In this document: positions 19,517 to 29,015 of the stretch, one piece after another
How the letters are laid out: each line of letters starts with the position of its first letter
Position numbering within the stretch: position 1 is the first letter of the stretch
The notes under the pieces: model-generated
What the model saw: the letters and a program-made list of their open reading frames with translations, nothing else
What the model was told of the DNA's origin: nothing
Database searches by the model: none
Translations under genes and position numbers: made by a program
Virus record (IMG/VR): IMGVR_UViG_3300042940_001453
Span: 1 to 64,000 of that record
Reading direction: 5' to 3' (one strand)
Length of the DNA: 64,000 nt
Source: an uncultured virus (IMG/VR IMGVR_UViG_3300042940_001453)
Lineage: Duplodnaviria > Heunggongvirae > Uroviricota > Caudoviricetes

Positions 19517-20575
19517 TTATAGTTTGAAGTCATCAAAAGCACCCTCGCTAATGGTATTATCAACACCTTTAACGTAACTGCTCAATTCAGTTTCTTGGGG
19601 GGCTACCTGTAACTTCTTGCTATCGTAGTAACTATCCAACCATCCAGCCAATGGATTTGTCTTGGCTGTAGGATATAGTTTCTTGTATCCCATACTAGAT
19701 AAACGATTGTTGGCCAACCATTCAACATAGTGTTTGAGACTTTCGCTGGTCAAACCTACTAGATTACCTTTACTGAATAGATAATCAGCCCAGTCTTTTT
19801 CTGCATTAACTGCCATTTCATAAGCAGCATAGATCTTGTCTTCGTTCTTCTTAACAATATCTTGGAAGCCTTCTTCTGGGTTATTAATCCAGTTCTTCAT
19901 AATGTTCTGAGTAATAGCTACGTGTAGATTTTCATCTCTACTGATAAACTTAATAATCTTACTATTACCCTCCATCTTTCCACGATATCCAAAGTAGAAA
20001 CTACAAGCAAATGATACATAGAAGATCAACCCTTCAGTAATTTGAGTTGCTAGTACCGCATCAAACAATTGTTGTTTAACATCATTTGATGGTGCCAATA
20101 GTTCGTCATACTTCTTACTAATAGCCTTAGCACGTTTCACGATTTCTTCGTCTTCTAAGACACTATCAAAGAACTTGGTAGCATCTGGGTAAACATTGTT
20201 TAGAATGTATGTATAACTGTTACTGTGAATAGTTTCAAAGAAACTCCACGAATTCATACAAATTTCCAATTCACTATTTGTAACGTGCTTCATTAATTCG
20301 TGAATACTACGACTCAACATACTATCAGTCATAGTTTGAAACTTGAGATTGCTATCAAAAACAAATCGTTCTTCTGGTGAAAGATTCTTGTAGTCACTAA
20401 TGTCCTTCACCAATGATACTTCTTGGGGTCTCCAAAAGAAGTTTAGTTGTTGATCATACAACTCGTAAAACTTAGGATACTTGATCTGATCATATCGTTG
20501 TAGCGATAAATCTTCTCCCAAGAACATTGGATTACGTAACTGATCTATGTTTTTCTTATTTAATACTGTCTTCAT
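19517..20575 (-). CDS. nrdB: Ribonucleotide reductase class Ia beta subunit
   Basis: FFWRPQE, ETIHSNSY, EGLIFY, RDENLH, VAPQETE; GGAGG RBS before ATG 20575. Confidence 0.95.
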   Translation of the reverse strand: MKTVLNKKNIDQLRNPMFLGEDLSLQRYDQIKYPKFYELYDQQLNFFWRPQEVSLVKDISDYKNLSPEERFVFDSNLKFQTMTDSMLSRSIHELMKHVTNSELEICMNSWSFFETIHSNSYTYILNNVYPDATKFFDSVLEDEEIVKRAKAISKKYDELLAPSNDVKQQLFDAVLATQITEGLIFYVSFACSFYFGYRGKMEGNSKIIKFISRDENLHVAITQNIMKNWINNPEEGFQDIVKKNEDKIYAAYEMAVNAEKDWADYLFSKGNLVGLTSESLKHYVEWLANNRLSSMGYKKLYPTAKTNPLAGWLDSYYDSKKLQVAPQETELSSYVKGVDNTISEGAFDDFKL

Positions 20576-20586
20576 ATATCCTCCTA

Positions 20587-22875
20587 TTATAGAGCACAAG
20601 CGCCACTGGCACAACCAGATTCTTCTTGTACTTTTGTTTTCGCCTCAACAGATTTTGTTTCCATAGCGGTCTGTTTGTCGCCGTCATCGGTATTAGCATA
20701 ATATAGATTCTTCAATCCATACTTGTATGCCAACAAGATGTCTTTAATAACAACTTCAACTGGCACCTTATTCTTCTCGTAACGTGATGGAATATAGTAC
20801 GTATTTGTACTGATACTCATATCTGTAAACTTTTGGATAGCAGCTGCTACCTTTAGGTAACCTTCATTACTTGGCATATCAAAAGCAAAAGTATAATTGT
20901 CTTTGTACTTATCAATATTAGGAACTACCACAGGCAAAATGTTACTCTTGCTTCCCTTGAAGCTAATAGCACTACGCGGTGGTTCAATGCCATTGGTGCT
21001 GCTCTGAATTACACTACTAGATTCAACAGGCATACAAGCTGTAAGTGTACTGTGTCTCATACCGTACTTCTTGATTTCTTCACGAAGTGTTTCCCAATCA
21101 CAATGTAGTGGTTCTGTAATAAATTCATCTACATCTCGCTTATAAGTATCGATTGGCAAAATACCTTGACTGAACTTGGTACGATCAAACTTTTCACATT
21201 TACCCAATTCTTTTGCCATTTCAACACTAGCCTTGATTAGATAGTAACTGGTCTTTTCCATCCACTTAGAAACAAAGTTAGGAGCGTTAACATCCCAGTA
21301 CTTCAATTCTTCTTTAGCCAATAGAGCAGCCAAGTTACTTACACCTACACCAAGACTACGACGTTTAGTAGCAAAATTCTTTGCTGCTGGTACAAAATAT
21401 TCTTGATGATCAATCAAAGCATCCAACATTCTGACAATGATATCACAAACACTTTCCATTTCATTATCATCCTTGATTTCCAACCAATTTAGTGCTGCTA
21501 AGACACAAACACCAATTTCACCATCTGGATCATTTACATCATAAATTGGAATTAGTGGATGGTTAACTTCAAGACATAGATTGCTTGTATCTACTTGATC
21601 CAACCAACTACCGTGTTCATTTGCGTGATCAACGAACATTGTATAAATACGTCCAGTTTCAAGACGTTCTTTAGCCAATAGACCCATCAATTCACGAGCG
21701 GGTACTTTCTTCTTGAACTTAATGTTTTTGTTGGCTTCAGCCTTTTCGTACTTCTCTTTGAATCCTTCCATACCAAAAGTATTCCACAGTGAAGGACATT
21801 CGTGATAACTAAATAGTGTTACGTCTTGATTCTTCAAAAAACGTTCAAAGATTAACTTATCCAATCCCACACAATAGTCCAACTTGCGTACTCGGTTATC
21901 ATCAGTACCTTGATTGTTCTTCAATACAAGAATATCTAGAATATCATAATGGAACCAGGCAAAGTTAACAGTTGCACTACCACCACGAATACCATTTTGG
22001 TGACAACTTTTTACAGTAGATTCAAATGCTTTAGCAAATGGAATTGGTCCTGTATGTACAACTTCACCATTACGAATAGGAGCGTTAGTAGCACGTAGTC
22101 TGGATAGATTCAATCCAATACCATAACGACTAGCTGTAGCAAATCCCACAGCACTATTGTTACTGAAAATACTACGAAGATCATCGTCTACAGTAAATAG
22201 TGAACAACTAGCATAACTCTTCATTGGAGTTCTTACACCCGCCATAATAGGGGTTGGTAGATTAATCTTATGCTTACTAAAGTAGTTGTAAGCCTTCTTG
22301 ATATAATCAAGACGATTTTCTTTATAACCTTTAAAGAATGTCATTGCGATAAGCATATAAGCAAACTGTGGGGTTTCATAAATCTGTTTGGTTACACGAT
22401 TTTGAACCATATACTTATCACACAACTGTTTAATACCAGCATATGTGAAATTAAAATCACGGTCATGACGTAAAAATTCATCTAGCTTATCAAACTCTTG
22501 TTTGGTGTACCAATTTAAAATTTCTTCATCATATACCAAAGCATCAATATTTGCTTTGACGATATCATATAGTTTAGGAGGATTCTTACCACCCCAAACA
22601 TTCTTACGTAACTGGTAATTCAATAAACGTGAAGCTACATATTGATAATTGGGCTTATCTTCAGAAATTAGATTTGCAGAAGCTTCAATCAACATTGCAT
22701 GAATGTCTTTGGATGTCATACCATCGAAAAACGATAGATGCGCATTCATTGCAACTTCTTCAAAACTAACACTTTTTATGTCTTCGGTAGCCCATTGCAA
22801 AATCTTATTGATTTTATCTGCATTGAATTTCTCGACGTTACCATTTCTTTTCTTTATAAAAATTTCTTTATTCAT
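20587..22875 (-). CDS. nrdA: Ribonucleotide reductase class Ia alpha subunit with ATP cone
   Basis: IKKRNG ATP cone, TPIMAG, SNLCLE, GVCVL, C-terminal CASGAC. Confidence 0.96.
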   Translation of the reverse strand: MNKEIFIKKRNGNVEKFNADKINKILQWATEDIKSVSFEEVAMNAHLSFFDGMTSKDIHAMLIEASANLISEDKPNYQYVASRLLNYQLRKNVWGGKNPPKLYDIVKANIDALVYDEEILNWYTKQEFDKLDEFLRHDRDFNFTYAGIKQLCDKYMVQNRVTKQIYETPQFAYMLIAMTFFKGYKENRLDYIKKAYNYFSKHKINLPTPIMAGVRTPMKSYASCSLFTVDDDLRSIFSNNSAVGFATASRYGIGLNLSRLRATNAPIRNGEVVHTGPIPFAKAFESTVKSCHQNGIRGGSATVNFAWFHYDILDILVLKNNQGTDDNRVRKLDYCVGLDKLIFERFLKNQDVTLFSYHECPSLWNTFGMEGFKEKYEKAEANKNIKFKKKVPARELMGLLAKERLETGRIYTMFVDHANEHGSWLDQVDTSNLCLEVNHPLIPIYDVNDPDGEIGVCVLAALNWLEIKDDNEMESVCDIIVRMLDALIDHQEYFVPAAKNFATKRRSLGVGVSNLAALLAKEELKYWDVNAPNFVSKWMEKTSYYLIKASVEMAKELGKCEKFDRTKFSQGILPIDTYKRDVDEFITEPLHCDWETLREEIKKYGMRHSTLTACMPVESSSVIQSSTNGIEPPRSAISFKGSKSNILPVVVPNIDKYKDNYTFAFDMPSNEGYLKVAAAIQKFTDMSISTNTYYIPSRYEKNKVPVEVVIKDILLAYKYGLKNLYYANTDDGDKQTAMETKSVEAKTKVQEESGCASGACAL

Positions 22876-22976
22876 ATGGGTAAAAAATAACTATCTTTTG
22901 GATAGTCTATTGTGTGTTTAGATTATAACTTTTTAATAATTTTTTTATACGTTTTTTGTGCGTTACATACTATAAA

Positions 22977-24359
22977 TTATTCTTCGTCATCGCTGTTATG
23001 TACATTCCACTTGGACTTTAGTGCTTTTTTAACTTGATTTTCTCCATCCATCATTTCATTTAGAATACTCATACCCTCACGGCTATTTTCTCCATAAATT
23101 TCAATGTGACCACAACCAGCGTTCATCTTACTTGGGAATGTCAAACCATCTGGTCCGAAACGATTCTTAATTACGTGGAATCGTGCTGTATTTGCCTGTT
23201 TATCGTTAACTTTACGACTGAGTGACATAACGAAGTCAGCAGTCATAATCTTACGATAACTATCAGCAATGTTATTAGCCTGAATGATATCTTCATCCAT
23301 AGCAGCACGATTGCTCTGTGAAGCACTCCAAATAGGAACTTGTAGTTCACCAGCTACACCACGTAGTTCTTCATAAATACCACCAGCTTCACTATAACTG
23401 TTACTATTACGTTCACTCTGAGAAGGACGTAGAATATCAGCGTAGTCAACGATAATCATATCTACCTTTGTACCAAGTACAGCCAATCGTTCACAATGTG
23501 CTTTTAAACTATAAGCACTAACTGTCTTGATTGGGAAGTATTTGATCTTCAACTTGCCTGGTACATCAGCAATCTTCTGTTTTACGATATCAACGTTGTT
23601 ACGAATGTTTTGGAAATCAATTCCAGTAAAACAAGCATCATAACGAAGACCCACATAGTTTTCATTCAACTCTAGAGTAAAATGAACTACATTCTTACCC
23701 TGCTTCATTGCTTCGGCACCCAACTTGGATAGTACCCAACTCTTACCACTACCAGCACAAGCTGTAATAATACCAAGTTCGCCGGCCGCCAATCCACCAT
23801 CCATAATGGTATCAATTTCAGTCCAATTGGTCTTGACACAATTGCGACTCATTACACTCATACGTTTTTCAACGTCTTCAGAGTAATCGTGACCGATATT
23901 ACGTTCCATACCAGCTTTCATTGCGTGGTCAACTACGTTTTTAATCTTTTCGTATTGACCAAGTGCCAATAGATCAGCACTTTCAATAATAGCGTTCTTT
24001 AGCTTTTGATTCTTACAGAATTCCAAAAACTGTTCTTTGACAAATTTCAAATCACTATCACTAACCTTTTGATATACCAATTTGAGATTGTCTACTATGC
24101 TTCGTTTTAGAAGTTCATCATTGATCTCATCCAATTTAATTTTGAATACTGTTAATGTTGGAAGATCTTTATACTCATTGAAATATTTAATACTTTCTTT
24201 TACTACCCACTTATTTGCATCACTTTCAAAGAAGTCTACTTCAATAATATCGTGAATTCGTTCAATAAATGAACGATCAGATATCAAGCACGAAATACAC
24301 TTGATTTGGAAGTCACGGCCATATTTTGTTAATGAATCAATTGCTTTTTTGTTTTCCAT
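22977..24359 (-). CDS. DnaB-like replicative helicase (T4 gp41-like)
   Basis: ACAGSGKS, FTLEL, IIVDYAD, SASQSNR, KNRFG. Confidence 0.9.
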   Translation of the reverse strand: MENKKAIDSLTKYGRDFQIKCISCLISDRSFIERIHDIIEVDFFESDANKWVVKESIKYFNEYKDLPTLTVFKIKLDEINDELLKRSIVDNLKLVYQKVSDSDLKFVKEQFLEFCKNQKLKNAIIESADLLALGQYEKIKNVVDHAMKAGMERNIGHDYSEDVEKRMSVMSRNCVKTNWTEIDTIMDGGLAAGELGIITACAGSGKSWVLSKLGAEAMKQGKNVVHFTLELNENYVGLRYDACFTGIDFQNIRNNVDIVKQKIADVPGKLKIKYFPIKTVSAYSLKAHCERLAVLGTKVDMIIVDYADILRPSQSERNSNSYSEAGGIYEELRGVAGELQVPIWSASQSNRAAMDEDIIQANNIADSYRKIMTADFVMSLSRKVNDKQANTARFHVIKNRFGPDGLTFPSKMNAGCGHIEIYGENSREGMSILNEMMDGENQVKKALKSKWNVHNSDDEE

Positions 24360-24370
24360 AAGATAACTCT

Positions 24371-24399
24371 ACTATACCACTGTTTTTTACCAACCACAA
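24371..24399 (-). promoter_or_regulatory. Possible sigma70-type promoter of helicase
   Basis: TTGTGG-17-TATAGT with extended TG. Confidence 0.5.
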
Positions 24400-24420
24400 C
24401 GTTTAAATAACGTTTATTTT

Positions 24421-25365
24421 TTATTCGATGAAACTGTTTAGTTTGCCAAAACACTCATTCAACCAAATGTGATAATTTGGGATATTATTCCACATTTTGT
24501 CTTCTGTAATCAACTTCGTAAAAGTCATTTTATCTATTTTACGAATAGGAGTCTTTATTATTTCTTCTATACGTAATTGTGTAAATGACTGAACCTGCGT
24601 ATCACTCAATTGCATCAGAGAGTGATTTCTTTCTAGTAACAACTTATTATCCAATACAGTATCGTATATTTTATATTTACCTCTGTTGTTTTCAGAGTAA
24701 TTATAAATTTCTTGTAATCCATATTGTTGACCGTCTGATAAAAATGGAAATGCTTTTACTACACGTTTTAAACCCACACCATCTAGTCCAGGTATGTTGT
24801 CGCTAACGTCACCTTCCATAACTCTGTATAAAACAAAGTTATTGCAAGTAATTCCATATTCATCCACTATTTCTTTACAACCAAAAATTTTCTTTTTTAC
24901 AGGACTCCAGATTTTAATCTTGTCACTTGCTAGTTGAAGAAAATCTTTATCAGTAGACATAATTGTTACATTACTGTCCTTAAAAGTTTCTTTAGCTAAA
25001 TAAGCAATTGTGTCGTCCGCTTCTATTTGATCAATTGCCATAACTGTTACAGGCAACGTGTCCAAATAATTTACAGTACGAATCAATTCTTTTTTGAAGT
25101 TAACAGATTCAATCTGTGATGAAGATAATTCTTCGTAATTACGGTTGAGACGAATATCAGTCTTTCTGCCGTTTTTGTAACCTGGATATATCTTTCTGCG
25201 TTTCTGACTACCACCTTTACCATCAAATACAATAATAACTCGGGTAGGAGAAAGTAATTTAATTGCATATCCAATGCTCTTCAAGAAACCAGCAATACCC
25301 CCAGTGTGTAACCCATCTTCATTGAGTGAAGGAATGGCCATAAAACTACGAATGTAAGTATTCAC
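24421..25365 (-). CDS. 5'-3' exonuclease/flap endonuclease (T4 RNase H/PolA 5'-nuclease family), main part
   Basis: VFDGKGG, YKNGR, EADDTI, STDKDFLQL, GDVSDNIPG; lacks first catalytic Asp strand, GTG start. Confidence 0.88.
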   Translation of the reverse strand: MNTYIRSFMAIPSLNEDGLHTGGIAGFLKSIGYAIKLLSPTRVIIVFDGKGGSQKRRKIYPGYKNGRKTDIRLNRNYEELSSSQIESVNFKKELIRTVNYLDTLPVTVMAIDQIEADDTIAYLAKETFKDSNVTIMSTDKDFLQLASDKIKIWSPVKKKIFGCKEIVDEYGITCNNFVLYRVMEGDVSDNIPGLDGVGLKRVVKAFPFLSDGQQYGLQEIYNYSENNRGKYKIYDTVLDNKLLLERNHSLMQLSDTQVQSFTQLRIEEIIKTPIRKIDKMTFTKLITEDKMWNNIPNYHIWLNECFGKLNSFIE

Positions 25366-25493
25366 TACAATCCGTCAACCAAAAGGACATCACTATTAAG
25401 TGATTTTTTAAGTCCTCCGGTGACGGAATCGCTTTCTATATTTTGAAATAAAGAAAATAACTTCTTCATTTCTTTGTTGTCAAAGTTGCTCAT
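25365..25493 (-). CDS. N-terminal 42-aa fragment of the 5'-3' exonuclease (not in ORF track)
   Basis: MSNFDNKEMKKLFSLFQNIESDSVTGGLKKSLNSDVLLVDGL-TAG; ends in the conserved LLVDG motif; TAG overlaps the GTG of the next ORF. Confidence 0.75.
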   Translation of the reverse strand: MSNFDNKEMKKLFSLFQNIESDSVTGGLKKSLNSDVLLVDGL

Positions 25494-26412
25494 TTAATAG
25501 TTTTTTAATGTATATATTTTTGTCTTTACATTGTTCCCAATCGTGTTGCCATATAACTTTTATTATATACCCATTCGATTCAGCAATCAACATTTTATTT
25601 TTATCTTTTTCCCATATTTTAATAACTTCATCGGACGATGTAAAAAATCTAGGATCTCTGTGCCAATAAGTACCATTAAATTCTATTAATAAATTTTTTT
25701 CTTTTACAAACACATCGTATGGCTTCCCCCCAACAACATATTCATCTTGAATTGAATATCCTTGTTCTTTTAACAATCTAATTACTTCCTGCTGTCCTTT
25801 AGATTTAAAAATTGGTTTGTGAATTCCACTTTTCCACTGATTTTTAGTAATTAACGATAATTTGTGTTTTGTTTCAGTAGTATGTCTAAAATTAGATCGT
25901 TTGGTTTTCTTTGGTTTTCTTAATTTTAACTTATGTTCTTCTGTTAATGGCTTTCCAAGTTGAGATTGAGACATTTTTTGTTTAGTGTCTTCACTGGGTT
26001 TATACCAGTCTCTACTCTTTACTCGTTTTATTTTACTCTCCATTGTTTGGCACTTTGGTAAACAATGTTTAATCATTAAATCCCTACATCTAGATTTAGC
26101 GGACTGATTATTTTTATAATATTTTTTAATACCGACAGACATTTTTTGTCTTCTTTCTGAAGAAATAAAATAACTATCTTTGTTTCTTTTTTGATGAGCA
26201 GCTTTAGACGTTCTAACAGCACTTATTTTTTTCAAATAAGTTTCACCATATTTATTATATAAATATTTTTTTATTTTTTCCCCAGTTTTGCTACCAATTT
26301 TATTCAGTTTAAATAAAGAAGTAAATCCACATATTGATTCATCTTTTATAAAGATTTGATATAATCGTTCAGATCGGTCTTCAAAAAAGAGTTTTTCCGC
26401 ATTGTTATCCAT
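25480..26412 (-). CDS. Free-standing homing endonuclease-like protein (NUMOD3 repeats + DUF559/Vsr-like PD-(D/E)xK domain)
   Basis: SEDTKQKMSQS, TEEHKLKL, HTTETKHKLS; PYDVFV...LLIEFNGTYWH, VIWQHDW. Confidence 0.8.
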   Translation of the reverse strand: MDNNAEKLFFEDRSERLYQIFIKDESICGFTSLFKLNKIGSKTGEKIKKYLYNKYGETYLKKISAVRTSKAAHQKRNKDSYFISSERRQKMSVGIKKYYKNNQSAKSRCRDLMIKHCLPKCQTMESKIKRVKSRDWYKPSEDTKQKMSQSQLGKPLTEEHKLKLRKPKKTKRSNFRHTTETKHKLSLITKNQWKSGIHKPIFKSKGQQEVIRLLKEQGYSIQDEYVVGGKPYDVFVKEKNLLIEFNGTYWHRDPRFFTSSDEVIKIWEKDKNKMLIAESNGYIIKVIWQHDWEQCKDKNIYIKKLLNEQL

Positions 26413-26456
26413 ACTAATAAATAGTAGGCAATGCGGAAAAACATCCTATCAACGTA

Positions 26457-27602
26457 TTATTCTTCGTTGCCTGCAGTTTCTTCGTGTGTATCCACAACAG
26501 CATCCTCAATAATTTGACTATTGGGATCTTTGTATTTCATAATTACAGCGTCACAAATCTTCAGGTAAATTTCTTCACCCAATTGTTTGTCACTCTGCAT
26601 TACACTTACAAAGTCTTTGGATTGGAACTTCCATTCGTTTCCATCGTTCTTTTTATAAGTATAATAAGCACCACCCTGTTTAATTAGATTTTGTTCTTTT
26701 AGAACTTTAATCCAACTGCCATAGTCAGCAATTCCACTATCAAAATAGATATCAAAATTGGCCTGACGTTGAGGTGGTCCCATACGATTCTTGATAACAA
26801 CTGCCTTACACTCGTTTCCGATGACTTCTTCACCCTTCTTGAGTTTACCGGCATTATTCAAACGAACACGTACACTACAATGATATGCTAAAGCCTTACC
26901 ACCACTTACTACGTACTTATCACCAAATGCCATAGCATTTAAATTCTGACGTAGTTGATTAGTAAATACAGTCAATACTTTCTGTTTACCAATCATAGTA
27001 GTAATCTTACGCATTGCCTTACTGATAATAATAGATTTACCCGTTGCAAATCCATCCTTACCGTGATCACTTTCCAATTCAACTTTAGTAGATGCTGCTG
27101 CTACAGAATCTACAATGATTGTAAGAATACGATCTTTGTTGCTCTTACGAACAATCGCGATCATCTTCTCCATCTGAGCAAAAATATCTTCAACGGTTTC
27201 ACATTGAACATATAGTAGCTTAGACAAATCTACACCAAGACTCTTCCAGAACTCAGGCGCAGCTGCGTTTTCAGTATCAATTACTACAGCGACTCCACCC
27301 TTCTTCTGTGTATCTGCGACAACGTGTGCCGACAATAGACTCTTACCAGTACCTTCAAGTCCGTTGAATTCAACCATCTTACCAACTGGTAGACCGCCGT
27401 GTGGACGATTACTAATTGCAAGATCCAAAATAGAAGAGCCAGTACTAATCCAATCAGTAATTTCTGAAGGATTATCTTGTTCATCTAGGAAATGTGCAAT
27501 TTTACCACCATCTTTATTTGCTTTGTTAAGCTCATTCGCCAACATTTCGATTAATTCGTCACGTTGACCCGATGTATCTTTTGTAACACTTTTCTTTGCC
27601 AT
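26457..27602 (-). CDS. recA: RecA/UvsX recombinase
   Basis: ISTGS..LD, GLEGTGKS, IDTENA, VDSVAA, NQLR, GGKAL, KNRMGPP. Confidence 0.93.
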   Translation of the reverse strand: MAKKSVTKDTSGQRDELIEMLANELNKANKDGGKIAHFLDEQDNPSEITDWISTGSSILDLAISNRPHGGLPVGKMVEFNGLEGTGKSLLSAHVVADTQKKGGVAVVIDTENAAAPEFWKSLGVDLSKLLYVQCETVEDIFAQMEKMIAIVRKSNKDRILTIIVDSVAAASTKVELESDHGKDGFATGKSIIISKAMRKITTMIGKQKVLTVFTNQLRQNLNAMAFGDKYVVSGGKALAYHCSVRVRLNNAGKLKKGEEVIGNECKAVVIKNRMGPPQRQANFDIYFDSGIADYGSWIKVLKEQNLIKQGGAYYTYKKNDGNEWKFQSKDFVSVMQSDKQLGEEIYLKICDAVIMKYKDPNSQIIEDAVVDTHEETAGNEE

Positions 27603-27618
27603 AACGTATATAACTAGA

Positions 27619-27650
27619 AAGCCGGTGGGGTATAAAAACTCCACCGGCTT
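27619..27650 (-). terminator. Intrinsic terminator between ssb and recA
   Basis: AAGCCGGTGG/CCACCGGCTT stem. Confidence 0.75.
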
Positions 27651-27661
27651 ATTTTTATTTT

Positions 27662-28498
27662 TTAGGAGTTAAACAAGTCATCAAATGCTTGTTCTACACT
27701 GTCTTTACCCTTTGCTTTGGCAGCAGTTGGTGAAGCTGGTGCCTTAGCTGTAGCAGTTGCGGTTACTGCTGGTGATGTTGAAAACGGAGCTTCATCATCA
27801 TCTCCACTAGGAGTAGGTTCAGCTGCAACTTCGGTTGCGGCTGATTCTGGATTCAACCACTTATCCATAACTTCCTTCAAGTCATCATAGGATAGTTCTT
27901 CAAACAAATCCAAGATGTTTACTTGTGCCTTTAGAGCATCCAAGAGTTGGGTATTCTTTGGATCTACGGCGACACTTACGTTTGGTTTAACACGAATGCT
28001 GGTTTCTGGGAAACTAGCTCCGCCTTCAGCTGTCTTGAATTCTACAACGATATCACGACCATTGGTTAGATCGGTAATATCACCGAAATCAGGATCACTG
28101 ATGATTGAAAGAAGTTCTTGATAAACTTGCTTTCCAAATCCCCAGAACTTGACACCTTCTCCTTCTTCACCACGAACAATGACTGGTACGAAAGTACGCA
28201 TCTTTGGTTCCATCTTACGACCCATCTGCCAATCTTCCTTTGAACCAGTCTTCTTCAGACGGTTAGCAAATTCAACGATTGGATCTGGCCGACCAAAACT
28301 ATCAGGAGATAGATAAGTCTTGTTATTGATATTGTAATGAAACTTTAGTTCGATAAACGGATTCTCAGGTACGTACTTATATGGTACGATACGAACTACT
28401 TGTTTACCTGGCTTTGGTTTCCAAATCAAGTTGGATTTTTGATTTGTGTTTGAAAGGGAGTTCAAACGACTCTTTAGTTTACTTAGATCTAATGCCAT
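27662..28498 (-). CDS. Single-stranded DNA-binding protein (T4 gp32-like)
   Basis: WKPKPGKQVVRIVP, DPIVEF, VKFWGFGK, DITD...GRDI, acidic C-terminus FDDLFNS; next to recA. Confidence 0.82.
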   Translation of the reverse strand: MALDLSKLKSRLNSLSNTNQKSNLIWKPKPGKQVVRIVPYKYVPENPFIELKFHYNINNKTYLSPDSFGRPDPIVEFANRLKKTGSKEDWQMGRKMEPKMRTFVPVIVRGEEGEGVKFWGFGKQVYQELLSIISDPDFGDITDLTNGRDIVVEFKTAEGGASFPETSIRVKPNVSVAVDPKNTQLLDALKAQVNILDLFEELSYDDLKEVMDKWLNPESAATEVAAEPTPSGDDDEAPFSTSPAVTATATAKAPASPTAAKAKGKDSVEQAFDDLFNS

Positions 28499-28576
28499 AA
28501 TTATTTAATGTTTAATTGTTAATTAGTTAATTACTTCAACGGATCACTCGACCCGTCATATAACCAACCTAAAATC

Positions 28577-28605
28577 AGTCTACACTATGTATAGATTGAA
28601 ATCAA
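28577..28605 (-). promoter_or_regulatory. Possible sigma70-type promoter of ssb
   Basis: TTGATT-17-TAGACT. Confidence 0.5.
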
Positions 28606-28619
28606 GTCTAAAATATATA

Positions 28620-29015
28620 TCAAATTTCTTGGATAGAAAACAATTTTAATGGAACTATTTTTACACCAATTTCGTTGGTTAGTATAATACTGTTTTTATA
28701 TAGTTCCCAATTTAATTGGAAGTTCTTATCAAATACACCATTGTTTTCGTCAGCAATCAACTTATTCATTGCGTTGAGTGTATATAGTGTATTTGTTTGT
28801 TTCTTACGATGAATACTTATAGTGCCTTTGTAACGATTATTACGTTCGGTTTTTTCCACATTAAACGTTAAGTACAATTCCCGAAGATTATTCTCATTTG
28901 CAAATATAAAAATCTTATTATCGATCAATGTATATTGTTGAGTTATCTCTTTAATCGTTTCAGTATAATTTATACTATTTGCAAATGTGCAAAGTAGTTG
29001 TTTTTGGGTTATCAT
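28620..29015 (-). CDS. Hypothetical phage protein
   Basis: QLLCTF...HRKKQTNTLYTLNAMN; coupled to upstream gene. Confidence 0.7.
   Translation of the reverse strand: MITQKQLLCTFANSINYTETIKEITQQYTLIDNKIFIFANENNLRELYLTFNVEKTERNNRYKGTISIHRKKQTNTLYTLNAMNKLIADENNGVFDKNFQLNWELYKNSIILTNEIGVKIVPLKLFSIQEI

Noticed and set aside
25363..25367. TAG recoding (alternative genetic code) as explanation of the nuclease break
   Set aside because: Readthrough meets TGA at once and the continuation is in another frame; other long genes are intact in the standard code
19517..27602. Inteins or introns in nrdA, nrdB, helicase or recA
   Set aside because: Lengths are normal and motifs contiguous
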